Shown here: positions 24,230 to 37,443 of the stretch, one piece after another
Position numbering within the stretch: the first letter of the stretch is position 1
Layout: the number at the start of each line of letters is the position of its first letter
Assembly: GCA_013239625.1 (NCBI GenBank)
Contig: MU053792.1
Span: 1,320,112 to 1,358,700, forward strand
DNA: 38,589 bases
Direction: 5' to 3'
From: Lama guanicoe
Taxonomy: Eukaryota
The notes under the pieces: generated by a model
Seen by the model: the letters and a program-made list of their open reading frames with translations, nothing else
Told to the model about the DNA's origin: nothing
Databases searched by the model: none
Position numbers and translations under genes: made by a program

Positions 24230-24559
24230 TTAATTTAATTTTGTTTGTTTCTTGCTCATGCAGAATACAGTTGATTTTATACACTGATCCTCAATCCAGT
24301 AACCATTCCTTAATTCATTTACTAATGGTGGATGTCTTTGGATTATGGTGGATTTTCCATGCATATAATAATGTCATGCACACACGATGACAGTTTTCTT
24401 GCTTAAAATTTGATCTTTATGCCTCCTGTTTTGCTGCTGCTGTTACTGCATTACTTTCCTGACAGTGTTTTCAGTACAGTATCTAATAGAAGGGGTGAAA
24501 GCTGGCATCTGGTCTGGTTACAGAGAAAATTCTTTCAATATTTGCACATTAATTGTATT
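24230..24559 (-). mobile_element. Old L1M ORF2 fragment
   Basis: Degenerate antisense L1 motifs (cagttgatttt..., cagtacagtatctaatagaaggggtga, ttctttcaatattt) that resume after the LTR (tttaggaagttgctttct). Confidence 0.55.
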
Positions 24560-25071
24560 ATTTACTGAGTCCAGACTCATTCTCCTCACTGCATGACAGG
24601 CCAGTAAATCAGGAGACAAGTTGTTGGGACAAGGAATAGCAACTTGAGAAAGCTGGCTGACCCAGAAGATGGCAGACTGATATCCTGGAGAACCATCTTC
24701 TCCAAGCCAGAATTCAGGCTCCTTTTCTACTAAAAAGGGGAAGGGGAATGCTTGGTTCTTGTAAACTTGTTGGTGTAGGAATTCTTTGTTCTTGGAATCC
24801 TGTGTTCTTGCAGCTGTCCATGTGGGTCAGAGCATGGTGTCCCTGTAAACCTCCAACCAAACAAATGTTATTTTCTATATTGCAATTTGTTATCTTTATA
24901 TGAATGGAAATGTGTTAATATCCTTAAAAGTCAGCTTTTGGAACAGGCCCTCCTGTATGTTTTACAAAAGGTGCAGAGCTGGCAAGACTAAGCCTAGGAA
25001 ACAGCACAGGGTTAAAGCCAAAGAAACAGATCTAATGTGGAGTCAGATTTGTTCTTTTCTTTTCCATTATG
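24560..25071 (-). mobile_element. Solo ERV LTR inserted in an old L1 fragment (partly repeated at 25614-26002)
   Basis: The minus-strand start taatggaaaagaaaagaacaaatctgactccacattagatctg resembles recalled cetartiodactyl ERV1 LTR starts. About 510 bp. Confidence 0.65.
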
Positions 25072-26543
25072 AGTTCACTTAGATGATCAGATTTAGGAAG
25101 TTGCTTTCTTTCATTTTCTTTCTGGTTCATGCTTCTCTGAGCTTCTCTGAGTGTGTTTCTTCTTGTCTGGATTCTAAATATTATTGGACTCATCGTGCTC
25201 ACTCATGTTGAATCAATTTTTCTGTTTACTTCCTCTGACCTCACTTTGCATTCCTGTCTAGTAAAAAGCCAGTTTTCAGTCTGTTTCCTTCCAAAGAATT
25301 TGAACAATACTGTGAATGGAATTTCTGTTGGTAAAGCAATAAAGATGGCAGTCTTTATTAGAGATCTTGTACCTCAGAGGGAGGAGTAACTACAGCTGAA
25401 GTGACCTGGGTAATTGCAACCACCTACAGGACCTGCCTGCACAGTTGCAGATTTCTGTAAAGGGGAATGAAATTGTCACTTTTGTTTCTGAACAAAAGGC
25501 AAAAATTTGCTGTCTTTTTGTGTTCCTCTCCCATGCTGTTTGCATTTTCTTGGACTTCTGAGTGTGTGATTCCTGTACTTGGGCACCTGGAGTCTTGAAA
25601 ATTAATGCCTGGAATCCTGGAGAACCATCTTCTCCAAGCCAGAATTCAGGCTCCTTTTCTACTAAAAAGGGGAAGGGGAATGCTTGGTTCTTGTAACCTT
25701 GTTGGTGTAGGAATTCTTTGTTCTTGGAATCCTGTGTTCTTGCAGCTGTCCTGTGGGTCAGAGCATGGTGTCCCTGTAAACCTCCAACCAAACAAATGTT
25801 ATTTTCTATATTGCAATTTGTTATCTTTATATGAATGGAAATGTGTTAATATCCTTAAAAGTCAGCTTTTGGAACAGGCCCTCCTGTATGTTTTACAAAA
25901 GGTGCAGAGCTGGCAAGACTAAGCCTAGGAAACAGCACAGGGTTAAAGCCAAAGAAACAGATCTAATGTGGAGTCAGATTTGTTCTTTTCTTTTCCATTA
26001 TGAGTTCACTTAGATGATCAGATTTAGGAAGTTGCTTTCTTTCATTTTCTTTCTGGTTCATGCTTCTCTGAGCTTCTCTGAGTGTGTTTCTTCTTGTCTG
26101 GATTCTAAATATTATTGGGCTCATCGTGCTCACTCATGTTGAATCAATTTTTCTGTTTACTTCCTCTGACCTCACTTTGCATTCCTGTCTAGTAAAAAGC
26201 CAGTTTTCAGTCTGTTTCCTTCCAAAGAATTTGAACAATACTGTGAATGGAATTTCTGTTGGTAAAGCAATAAAGATGGCAATCTTTATTAGAGATCTTG
26301 TACCTCAGAGGGAGGAGTAACTACAGCTGAAGTGACCTGGGTAATTGCAACCACCTACAGGAGCTGCCTGCACAGTTGCAGATTTCTGTAAAGGGGAATG
26401 AAATTGTCACTTTTGTTTCTGAACAAAAGGCAAAAATTTGCTGTCTTTTTGTGTTCCTCTCCCATGCTGTTTGCATTTTCTTGGACTTCTGAGTGTGTGA
26501 TTCCTGTACTTGGGCACCTGGAGTCTTGAAAATTAATGCCTGG
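24682..26543 (+). repeat. Tandem duplication, 931 + 930 bp
   Basis: 24682-25612 and 25614-26543, with about five differences by eye. The duplicate ORFs in the track confirm it. Confidence 0.95.
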
Positions 26544-27234
26544 TGAGGTGCAGGATCTCTTTATTCTCACGTTGCTCATCCTAAAGTGTTTGCACCGACT
26601 CATCAGGATGGGGTGTTAGTGCGGACACATGTTACTGTGCAATAGAGTAAGCCCATCTCTGCCACTCCTGCCTTCCTCACCCACTCCAGGAATTTCAAGA
26701 ATAAGGCCCAATATATACTTTCTTACAGAACCACAATTAGACAGTTGCTCAGAGTTAATGATAGCAGCCTTCCTTTGTGTAGCAAAACAAAACAAACACA
26801 TGCATCAAACCCTCAACACTTTTATTGAGCTGATTCTGGATGTGCTGTTCTTCATTTAAGCTTCATTTGGCTATTTTTATTTAGCAGGAAGATGCCTAAG
26901 AACAATGGGGTGTCTGCATTTTATCTTGTGCAGAGACCAGAGCGAACTTTTGTTGATGCTGTTACTGCGGCTTCTGTGGCTGATGCTCCCGCTGTGCTGT
27001 GACCACTGCCTGTCTTCCTTGTATTGATTCATCTTATTACAGTTTTCAAAGCATCGTTAACCCCGTTCTTTCTCAGTACAGCTTTGCAGGATAAGCAGTG
27101 CAGGTTTTCATACCCTAAGTTTTATATGTAAATGAAAATTGAAGTTCAGAGACTTGAAGTGGCTGGAATCAGAAGTGATTAAGTAGTAAGACGTAGTCTA
27201 GTAGGATGAAGGTCTGTGCACTTTTGTTCTGGTT

Positions 27235-27435
27235 CCAAGACAGGTCTGAGTCCTGGCTCTGCCACTTGCTGTCTTGGGAAAACTGCTTAACTTCTCCAAG
27301 CCAGTTTCATTCTTTGTAAAATTACCTATGATACAGATCTTTTTACGATTGATTGTCTTATAAGTGACATAATGTGAATTAAGCCCTTAGCACAATGATC
27401 ACCAAAGGATGTACCCAAGGTTACCATAATTATTA
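27235..27435 (+). mobile_element. MIR fragment
   Basis: gagtcctggctctgccacttgctgtcttggg...cttaacttctccaagccagtttcattctttgtaaaat. Confidence 0.65.
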
Positions 27436-27519
27436 TTATTGTTGTTGTTATTATTATTACTAATGTTGCTAAATGTTCACATTATCCCAAATATATCCTT
27501 TTACAAATTGCATACATGT

Positions 27520-29130
27520 TTGGTTTGTTTGTTTTTATTGAGATATAATAGACATACAACTTTATATTAGGTTCTGGTAAACAACATAATAATTTGATTT
27601 GTATATATATTGTGAAGTGATTACCACAGTGAATTTACTTAACTTCCATCATTATATATATTTACACATTTTTTTCTTGTGATAAGATTCTACTCCCTTA
27701 GTAATATCAAATATTTTATGTGGTATTATTACTTAGTCACCACAGTGTATGTGTCATGACCCCATGTTATTTATTTTGTAAATAGAATCTTGTATCTATT
27801 GATACTTAGTCACACAGTGTATGTGTCATGACCCCATGTTATTTATTTTGTAAATAGAATCTTGTATCTATTGCCCGCGTTCACTCGTATTGCCCCTCTC
27901 CTCCTCCCCACACCTGGCAACCACCAGTCTGTTCTCTGTGTCTGTGAGCTTGTTCTTGGTTTTGTCTTAGTTCCCACCTGTAAGTGAAATCATACATGTT
28001 TCTCTGTGTCTAATTTATTTCATTTAGCATAATGCCCTCAGGGTCAATCCATGTTGATACAAATAGCAAAATTTCATTCTTTTTGATGACTTAATAGTGT
28101 GTTGTCAGATATGTACACGCATACCAGGTTTTCTTCGTCCATTCATCCCCTGATGGACACTTCAGTTGTTTCTGTATCTTGATTGTTGCAGTCAGTGCTG
28201 CAGTGAAGATGGGCACGCAGATCTCCTCTCAAATTAGTGTTTTTATTTTTCAGAGAAATAAGAATGGAATTGCTGGGTCATATTGTAGCCCTATGTTTAA
28301 CATTTTGGGAAGCCTCCATGTGATTTTATATTGTGGCTCCACTGATTTATATTCCCGACAGTCACAGCTTTCCCTTTTCTCCATGTGTTGCCAACACTCT
28401 TACGTCTTGTCTTTTTGATAACAGCAATGCTAACACATGGGAGGTGAGACCTTGTTGTGGTATTGATCTCTGTTTCCCTGATGACTAGTGATGTTGATCC
28501 TTTTCATGTTTTAAACAGATTGGGGTTTTTTGTTTTGTTGTTGTTACTGAGTTGTAGGAGCTTTTATATATTTTTTGTATGTCAGCCCCTTTTCGGTTGT
28601 ATTATTTGCAGTTCTCTTCTCCCATTCAGTAAGGTACTTTTTCATGTTTTTGTTAATTTCCTTTGCTGTGCAGGAGCTTTTTAGTTTGATAGAATCCCAC
28701 ATGCTTATCTTTATTTTTGTTTCCTTTGCTTTTGGTGTCAAATCAAAAAGCTCATCACCAATGTTGATGTCAGGGAGCTTACTTTCTGTGATTTCTTATA
28801 GTAGTTTTATGTTTTACATATAGTAGTTTAGTTTTGCATTCAAGTCCTTCATGCATTTTGAGTTGAATTTTGAGCATGGTAATAAGATAGGGATCCATTT
28901 TCATTCTTTTGCACGTAGCTATACAGGTTTCCCCATACCACTTAGTGAAGAAACTGTCTTTTCCCCATTGTATAGTGAAGAACTTTTCCCCATTGTATAT
29001 TTTTGACTCCCTGGTTGTAAATTATTGATGATATATGCACGGGTTTATTGATGAGCTTTATTCTGCTCCATTGATATACATGTCTGTTTCCAAGCCAACA
29101 CCATACTGTTTTGGTTATTTTCACTTTGTC
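27520..29130 (-). mobile_element. 5'-truncated L1 (ORF2 C-terminus plus 3'UTR)
   Basis: Minus-strand ORF debris MTPKAKETKIKISMWDSIKLKSSCTAKEI and KTVWCW are L1 ORF2 motifs. Confidence 0.9.
27730..27873 (+). repeat. Tandem duplication, 72 + 71 bp
   Basis: 27730-27801 and 27803-27873. Copy 2 lacks one C. Confidence 0.93.
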
Positions 29131-29339
29131 ATGGAAGTTGCTTTCTTTTACAGTTTTGCTAAGTTATTTTCATGACTGATTGATGGAAGTTTATTAAATA
29201 CCTTTTTACATTTATCCTACTTAATCATTATTTTATCATTGCTCTTCTGCTAGTGGGATAATTTACAATTATTTTTGAATCTTGACCAGTATTGCATTTT
29301 CCAGTATAGTCTACTGTTATTCTGTTATGTTTACATAAT

Positions 29340-31275
29340 GGCTTAATTCATGTAATAATACTTTAGTTGAATGTGTACAGCATAATCCTTTAGTTGTATA
29401 TATAATATATATATATATACTCATTTTCATATTCTTTTTCATTATGGTTTATTACAGGATATTGAAAAGGTTTTCCTGTGCTATACAGGAAGACCTTGTT
29501 TTTTATTTATTTTATATGTAGTAGTTTGTATCCATTGTTGTTTGTATCTGCTCATCCCAAACATCTAATGTATCTTCCTTCTTGCTTTCCACCTGGCAAT
29601 CTTGTTTGTTTTTTATGTCTCTGAGTCGGTTCTGTTTTGTAAATAAGTTCATTTGTGGCATGTTTTAAATTCCACATATAAATGGTATCATGTGGTATTT
29701 ATCTTTCTGTAACCAACTTACTTAGTGTAATCTCTAGGGCCATGCATGTTGCTGCAAATCATATCATTTCATTCTTTTTTTAATGGCTGAGTACTATTCT
29801 AGTGTGTGTGTATAAAATATATATATAAAATAGTTCTTTATCCATTTATCTGACAAGGGACATGTAGGTTGCTTCCATGTCTTGGCTACTGTAAATAATG
29901 CTGCTTGAACATTGGGATGCATATATCCTTTTAATTTAGTGCTTTCTCTGGATAAGTCCAAGAATGGGATTGTTGGATCACATGGTAGCTCTACTTTTAG
30001 TTTTTTAAGGAACCTCCATACTGTTTTTCATAATAGTTGTACCGATTTGCAGTACCACCAGCAGTGTAGGACAGTTCCCTTTGCCCGATGTCTCCAGCAT
30101 TTATTTTTAGACATTTTAATGATGGCCATTCTGACTGTGTGAGGTGATATCTCATTATAGATTTGATGTGAATTTCTCTAATAATTAGAAATGTTCAGCA
30201 TCTTTTCATGCACCTGTTGGCCATTTGTAGTTTTCTTTGGAGAAATGACTATTTAGGTCTTCAGCCTGTTTTGGGGTTTGAGTCATCTGTTTTGTTGTTC
30301 TTGTTATTGAGTTTTATGTGCTGTTTGCATATTTTGGAAATTAAGCCCTTTTTGGTCACATTGATTGCAAATATTTTCTTCAGCTTCATAGTTTGTCTTT
30401 TCATTTTCTTTATGGTTTGCTTTGCTGTGCAAAAACTTACAAGTTTGATTAGGTCCCATCTGTTTATTTGTGCTTGTATTTCTTGCCTTGGGAGACTGAC
30501 CTAAGAACACATTGCTATATGTCAGAGAATGTTTTGCCTATGTTCTATTCTAGCAGTTTTATGGTGTTATGTCTTATATTTCAATCTTTAAGCCATTTTG
30601 AGTTTATTTTTATGTATGGTGTGAGGGAGTGTCCTAACTTCATTCATTTACATGCTGCTATCCAGTTTTCCCAACACCACTTGCTGAAGAGACTGCCTTC
30701 TCTCCACTGTGTATCTTGCCTCCTTTGCGGAAGATGAACTGTATGTAGGTCTGTGTGTTTATTTCTGGGCTCTGTATTCTGTTCCATTGATCCAACACCA
30801 CACTGTTCTGATTACTGTAGCTCTGCAGTATTGTCTGATGTTTGGAGGGTCATTCCTTTAGCTTTATTCTTTTTCTTCAGTAATGCTTTGGTAATTCTAC
30901 ATCTTTTATGATTCCATATAAACTTCAAGATTATTTGCTCTAGTTCTGTGAAAAATGTCCTGGGTAACTTGATAGGGATTGCATTAAATCTGTAGATTGC
31001 CTTGGACAGTATGGCCATTTTAACAATATTAATTCTTCTAATCCAAGAATATAGGATATATTTCCATTTCTTTAAGTCATCTTTCTTTAATCAGTGTCTT
31101 GTAGTTCTTCATGTATAAGTCTTTCACCTGCTTGGCCACATTTTCTCCTAAGTATTTTATTATTTTGGATGTGGGTTTTTTTTTTTTTTTTACTTTCTTT
31201 TCCTACCATTTCATTGTTAGTGTAAAGAAATGCAAACTTATTTGTGTATGTTAATCTTCTATCCTTCTGCCTTGC
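29340..31275 (-). mobile_element. 5'-truncated L1 (ORF2 3' half plus 3'UTR)
   Basis: ORF 30812-31018 [39 protein letters not shown] is typical L1 ORF2. AFLYTNNE also present. Confidence 0.92.
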
Positions 31276-31279
31276 CAAG

Positions 31280-31945
31280 TGTTTTTGTAGTTCTTCTCTG
31301 TCTTTCTTCCTTCATACTCTTCTCTTACGGTTAGTTGATTTTCTTTATTATATTTGTGTTTCTCTTGTTTTTGCACATCTAATGTAGGTTTTTGATTTAT
31401 GGTTACCATGAAGTTCATATACTTTGCTGCATTACAATATCTGATTGTCTTAAAGTGATTGTCATTTAAGGTCATATAAATTCTAAACGATCTGTTTTAC
31501 TCCCCCAACCCTTTTTTTTTTTTTTTGATTTCATTTTTTACATCTTTATATGCCTCATATAAGTGTTTACTGTAATTATAGTTGCTTTTACAATTTTTGT
31601 GTTTTAGTATTTGTAATAGCTTATTTAAGTGGTTAATTCACAGCCATTGCTCCGTTTTTGCCCTTAAAGTGGGATTTTCCCCTTCACACAAGTTCTTATT
31701 TCTTACTCTGTTTCACATAAAGAAAATCTTTTAATATATCTTGTAAGGCCAGTTTAGGATTGATGAACTCTTAGTTTTTGCTCATTTGAGAAGCTCTTTA
31801 ACTGTCTTTCAATTGCGATTAATCTTTGCTGAGTAGGTAGCCTCGTTTCTAGGTTTTTCCTTTTAAGTAATTTAAATACATCGTAACTGTTCCTTCTGGC
31901 CTGCAATGACTGTTGAAAAACAGCTGATAGGCCTCCATGACCTCT
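31280..31945 (-). mobile_element. L1 ORF1 3' end/inter-ORF segment (left part of an interrupted element)
   Basis: Minus-strand debris QSLQARRNSYDVFKLLKRKNLETRL is L1 ORF1-like. MVTINQKP also present. Confidence 0.75.
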
Positions 31946-31949
31946 ACTC

Positions 31950-33900
31950 ACAACTGCAATGAAACCACAACTGACTAGCGCTAAACAAGCATCAAATAAA
32001 AGACTGGAACCTAGCAAAAAAGATCTTCAACTTGAAATATAAAAAGGGAACCACAGCAGGACGGTGCGAGAGGCATTCTCATGATATAATCAGGCCCCAT
32101 ACTCCTCAGGGTGGGTGAACCAGAAGCTGAAGAATAAATCACAGAGACCCTCCACCAGACTGAGAGTTCTAAACCTCACATCAGGTTCTATTGCCCATGA
32201 TTCCGGCATTGGGAGGTGGAGGAGACCCCAGGATGTCTGGTTTTGAAGGCCAGTGGGGCTTAGCTCTAGGAGCTCCACAGGACTGGGGGAAACAGACTTC
32301 ATTCTCTTGGGAAGCATACACACAATCTCATGTGTGTCAGGTTCAAGAGCAGAGGTAGTGATTCCATAGGAACTTGGGGCAGACCTGCCTGTTGACTTTG
32401 GAAGGTCTCCTGGGGACATAGAGGGCACCTGTGGCTCACCCAGGGGACATAAAAGCTGGTAGAAGACATTCTGGGAGCGTTCATCTACATGAGCTTTCCT
32501 GGAGGCTGACATCTTGATTGGATCGTTAGAACCAAGACCAGCCCCACCCATCAATCAGCCTGTAGGAAAGCCTCAGGCCAAACGACATACAGGGTGGGAA
32601 CACAGCCCTACGCATCAGCAGGCTTCCTGAGCCACAAAGGCTTCTAAACAGGGCCCTACGCACCAGAGGTCCAGGACCAAGCTTCACCCAGCAGTGGGCA
32701 GGCCCTGGCTCCTCCAGCCTGGAAACCTGAATATAAGCCTCTAGTCCAGCCTCATCCACCAGGGAGCAGATGCCAGAAAGAAGCAAACAACAATCCCAAA
32801 AACTGTGGAAGGAGTCCATACAGAAGCCAGATTCCACACTGAGACTGGCTGGACCTTGGCCCTTGGGTGACAAGAGAGGAGCATACTGCTGGGACACATA
32901 GGACATGTACCACAGAGGGCTGCTTCTTCAAGTTCAAGAAATGTAACTAACCTACCTAAAAATACATACAGAAAAACAGAATGAGGCAGCAGACAATAAC
33001 TCCCAGGCCAAGACACAAGATAAAATCCCAGAAGAAGAAATAAGTGATGAGGATATAGGCAATTTATCTGAGAAAGTTTTAAAGTGATGATGGTGAAGAT
33101 GTTTAGAGAACTGCAGAGGAGTACAGATGCACAGAGCAAAATTTTTAGCAAAAAGTTGGAAAATAAAAAGAATACCCAAACAGTTGAAGAAGAAAATCAC
33201 TGAAATGATTTTAATGATCTAACACAGTAGAAGGAACCAAGAATAGACTAAATGAAGCAGAACTGATCAGTGAGCTAGAAGACAGATTAGTGGAAATCAC
33301 TACTGCAGAGCAGGAAAAAAAAAAAAAAGAAAGAAAAGGAATAAAGACAGTTTAAGAGAACTCTGGAACAACATGGAGCACACTAATATTCACATTATAG
33401 GGGTCCCTGAAAGAGAAGAAAGGACCTGAGAAAAATTTTGGTGAGATAATAACCAAAAACTTTCCCAGCTTGGGAAAGGAAACAGTCACCCAAGTCCTGG
33501 ATCAACACAGAGAGGAACACACCAAGGCACATAGTCATCAAATTGACAAAAATTAAAAATTAAGGAGAAAATGTTAAAATCAGCAAAAGAAAAACAACAA
33601 AACAACACACAAGGCAACTCACATAAAGTTATCAGCTGATTTCTCAGCAGAAAATCTACAGACCAAAAGGGAGCAGCACGACATACTTAAAGTGATAAAA
33701 GAAAAAAATGTACGGTGAGGAATACTCTATCCAGAAAGGCTCATGTTCAGACTTGATGCAGAAATCAAAAGCTTCACAAATAGACAAAAGCTAAAAGAAT
33801 TCAGCACTTCTAAACCAGCTTTACAGCAAATATTCAAGGAACTTCTCTAGTCATCAAACCACAAGAAAAGACAACAAAAAAGAAGAGAGCAGGGGAGGAA
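31950..33900 (+). mobile_element. ORF1: L1 5'UTR plus degenerate ORF1, sense orientation
   Basis: GC-richer 5'UTR, then A-rich ORF1 from about 32981 (aatattcacattataggggtccctgaa, tcagctgatttctcagcagaaa, aaaccagctttacagcaaat). Many frameshifts. Confidence 0.88.
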
Positions 33901-33914
33901 AAAAAAAAAAGACG

Positions 33915-34440
33915 TATACAAGATTGCTTTGGCTGTTAGGCGGCTTTTATTCCATATAAATTTTGGAATTGTTTGTTCTAGTTCTGTGAAAAGTGCCATG
34001 AGTGTTGACAGGGGTTGCATTGGATCTGTAGATTCTTTTGGGTAGATGGCCATTTTGATAATGTTGCTTCCAGCCAAAGAGCATAAGATATCTTTCCATT
34101 TCTTCGTATCATCCTCAATTTCCTTCATCAGTGTTTTACAATTTTCAGAATATATGTAACCTCCTTGGTTAAGTTTATTTCTAGGTGTTTTGTTGGTTTT
34201 GATGCAATGGAAATGTTTATGCCAGTTCTGAAATTCTGGGTTTTGAAGTTTAAAAAAGTGAATGAAGGGCCACAAATGGAAAAATACCCTTCTCTTATGG
34301 GTGAACTGTATTCCATTACCTACATATGGTGCATCTCCTTTATCCATTCATCAGTTGATGTGCACTTGGGATGCTTTCATGTCTTGGCAATTGTAAATAG
34401 TGTTGCTGTTAATAGTGGGATGCGTGTATCTTTTTGAATT
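33915..34440 (-). mobile_element. L1 ORF2 fragments
   Basis: Minus ORF contains ENCKTLMKEIEDDTKKWKDILCS and FTELEQTIPKFIWN. Confidence 0.85.
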
Positions 34441-34559
34441 TTTATTGTGTTTGATTTTATTCCTTTAATAACTACATAAGTTTAAAAAGCTAAAGCTCTA
34501 AACATTCTTAGAGACAATGAACAGTGCATATATGTAAACTTAAAAAATATGTGCAGTAA

Positions 34560-35530
34560 AGACAGCATGAGGGATTTCCTTTCCTGTGACACTTTCCTTT
34601 TTTCTTGCTGCCTTCAGAATTCTATCATTGTCTTTAAATTTTTCTTATTGAATGATGATATGTCTTGATGTGAGTCTGTCTCAGCTGATCCTGTTTGAGA
34701 CTCTCTGATTCCTGTGCCCTGATACTCGTTTCCTTCTTCAGATTAGGGAAGTTTTCAGCCTTAATTTTACCCAATGTTTTTCAGCCTTTTCCTCTCTCCC
34801 TGCAGGGACTGTAATGTGAGTGTTAATATGCTTGATGCTGTCTCAGAAGTGCTTCAAACTCATGTAGCAGGCCTTTTCTTCTTGATTTTTTGATTGGGTG
34901 TTTTTCATTCTGTCTTCTGGATTGCTAATGGATCATCTGCATTGCCTAATCTTCTGTACTACCTGCAGTTATACTCTGATTGGTTCTTTTTTATATTTTC
35001 TAGTTCTTTTGACAATTTTTCTGGTGCTCATCTCTTCTTTTTCCCAGTTCAGTTATCATTCTTCTTGCTATTGCTTTGACCTCTTTGTCAGATAAAGTAT
35101 TTATTTCTTTTCACTATGGTTATTTTGTTATTCATTCATTTAAAATGTGTTCTTGTGTCTTCTCATTTTAACTTTCTGTATTTCTGTGAAATTAGGTGAA
35201 ACAGTTACCTGCCCCAGAATGAAAGGTGTCCTTGTGTGAGAGCATTCCTGTGCAGTTTTCTGTGCCCAGCAGGTTTGTTGGGAAGAGCTGGACCTGAAGT
35301 GATCCTGGGCTGCCCTCTTCCCCCGGGACGTGCTGGCAGCCACTGCAATGGGGGTGGCAGGGCTGGAGTCAGAGGGACTGGAGCCAGTTCCAGGTTGAAG
35401 CAAGGGCTTCTCCTCTGCTCAGTGACTGTTCCAGCCCTATCAGTTGTGGCACGGGGTCCTGTGGGGCTGGAGCAGGATCTCTGGGAGTGGGGTTCTCCTG
35501 GGTGTGGTGGCAGTCTCTGGTTTGGGATGT
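34560..35530 (-). mobile_element. L1 ORF1 and 5'UTR (right part of the interrupted element)
   Basis: Antisense ORF1 motifs ttttcttgctgccttcagaattc and agattagggaagttttcagcc, grading into a GC-rich 5'UTR. Confidence 0.7.
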
Positions 35531-35699
35531 GACTGAGGCCTGAGGGCTTGCAGCAGCCCTTCTGTACTGGTTTTACCTTTTCCCCAGTGTGCACATCTTG
35601 GCTAGAGGGAAGGTCCAGGAGAGGGCAGGCCCAGCAGAGGGGAGGCACAGGTGAGGGCAGGATCAGGTGAGCGCAGGAACAGGAGAGGGCAGGCCCAGG

Positions 35700-36300
35700 A
35701 GAAGTCCTATTAAACTTCAAAGAGATGATGTTGAGAGGCAATGGGTATTTGAGTCTGAAATACAGGAGGGAGGTCTAGGTTGGAAACAGCAGTTTGGAAG
35801 TTGTGAACTTGTAGAGAATACATAAATATATAAAGCGGCAGCAGACAGTAGCAGAGGCCAGAAGACTGAGCCTCAGGGGTGCTGTGTGCCAGCACTCAGG
35901 GGCTGGGACTGAGAAGACCGGCCAGGGCCATGGGAGGAAACCAGAGCAGCCTGAAAGCCGGGAAGCCCCGTGAGGAAAGGGCTTGAGGAAGTCGGGGAGA
36001 GCAGCGGTGGGAAGTGTGGCTGCCAGGCCGTGCGAGGAGAGGGCTGAGAGCTGCCCATGGAGTCAGCACCTGGTGAGTGATGGGGGACCCTGTCATGAGC
36101 AATTGCAGTCAGTGGACACGCTTGCTTGGATGGAAAATGAGAGGAATCAGAGAAAGCGAATGGGAACAGCTCCTTTGCAGGGGCAGGAGGCGTGTGTGCC
36201 GGAGAGCAGAGAGATGGGGCCGCAGCTGGAGGGTGAACGCATCTTTTTTTTTTAAGACGAGGGAAGTAACAGTGTATGCTAATAGAAAAGATAGATTAAA
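35700..36300 (-). mobile_element. L2 fragment
   Basis: gatgttgagaggcaatgggtatttgagtctgaaatacaggagggaggtctaggttgga...gactgagcctcagggg. Confidence 0.55.
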
Positions 36301-37179
36301 AGGGTAAATTAGTAACACCACATTTACTTAGGTCAGGGGAGTTGCAGGTGATGGCAGGTGTGGGCCCAGAAATGCTCCTGAGAGAGTCAGCTTCAAAACA
36401 CTTGCCAGGTCGAGTCCACTCAAGACCAGCTCCCAGGAGTGTCAGCCACTTAGAAACTCTGCCGCTCCCTGCAGTTTTGATCCTGGCAGGGCCAGAAGCC
36501 GTAATTAGCCAGCTGAGGGAGGAAGGATGGAGTTAGGCAGGAAGAAGAGGCCTGCCCTGCCTTCCCCTCCTCCTGCAAGTGGTCAGCCAGCAGCGTGGCC
36601 TCGCTGAGTAACTGACGTGGTGTTTTCATACTTACGTGATTAAAAGGTTCTCAGATGTTATACCATGCTCCCAAATAAATCTTTGATTAAGGATTTACTT
36701 GGTGGAAATAAAAGCAAAAAATAAAATAAAGTGAAAGCGTGTAAACATAAGGCTGAGCCACAGAGCAGGGTCAGCAGACATGCGGAAACACGTTTTCATT
36801 TAATCTGGAGAGCGCGTGTTGGTTTCTCAAGTTTGTACTTAATGATACATATTGTCACAGTCTCTGAAACCATGAAAACAGCTTTCTGCTGTTTGCATCT
36901 GCTAAATTCCATGGAGACTGGCTGGGGCCCAGAGGGATGTGGAAAGGAATGAACTGAGGGATAAGGAGATTTAGAGATTTTTGGTGGGGAGCTCTCAGAG
37001 GGACTAGGCCTTCAGCATCCTGTGGTTCCACCCCACTCTAACCGCAGTTGCATACAAACATGGCTTTCTCAGGGGAAAGTCTCACTTCTGGAAATCCCTC
37101 AAAACACTCAGCCACCTAGCACCAACATTTGAAAGGAATCCAAAATGGCCCACAAGCAATTGCAGAGATTTGAAATGCC

Positions 37180-37443
37180 TTAGGCTCCCACGTGCGCACC
37201 GGGCACGCTGGGCCTCCGGGCCTCTGTGCGCACTCACAGGGACACTGGCTCTGGAGGGACAGTTGAGGGTCAGTGCTGTTGCTAGGCTACGAGTGTTCCG
37301 GAACAAACATTCCGAGCCGTTGAGCTTTGCAGCCAAGGTGTGGCAGCGAGACCTCTGTGGCTCTTCTGTAGCGCCAGCGCTGAGATCGAGAGGCGGCAAG
37401 AGGCCAGGAGGGAAGTGAGCGGTGTCGGAAGGCGATAAGCCAG
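37180..37443 (+). promoter_or_regulatory. CpG-enriched promoter/5'UTR of the ANKRD26-like gene, with an RFX X-box-like motif
   Basis: Local CpG enrichment directly upstream of the ATG. GTTGCTAGGCTAC at 37278-37290 is one mismatch from GTTGCTAGGCAAC. TGCGCA motifs occur near 37193 and 37227. Confidence 0.55.

Noticed and set aside
24900..26320. Paired identical 60-aa and near-identical 78-aa ORFs as a duplicated gene cassette
   Set aside because: They are chance ORFs in LTR and flanking DNA, copied by the 931-bp duplication.
27520..35741. Longer ORFs such as 32090-32554, 33847-34347 and 35205-35741 as genes
   Set aside because: They are frameshifted L1 fragments or antisense reads of L1 5'UTR.
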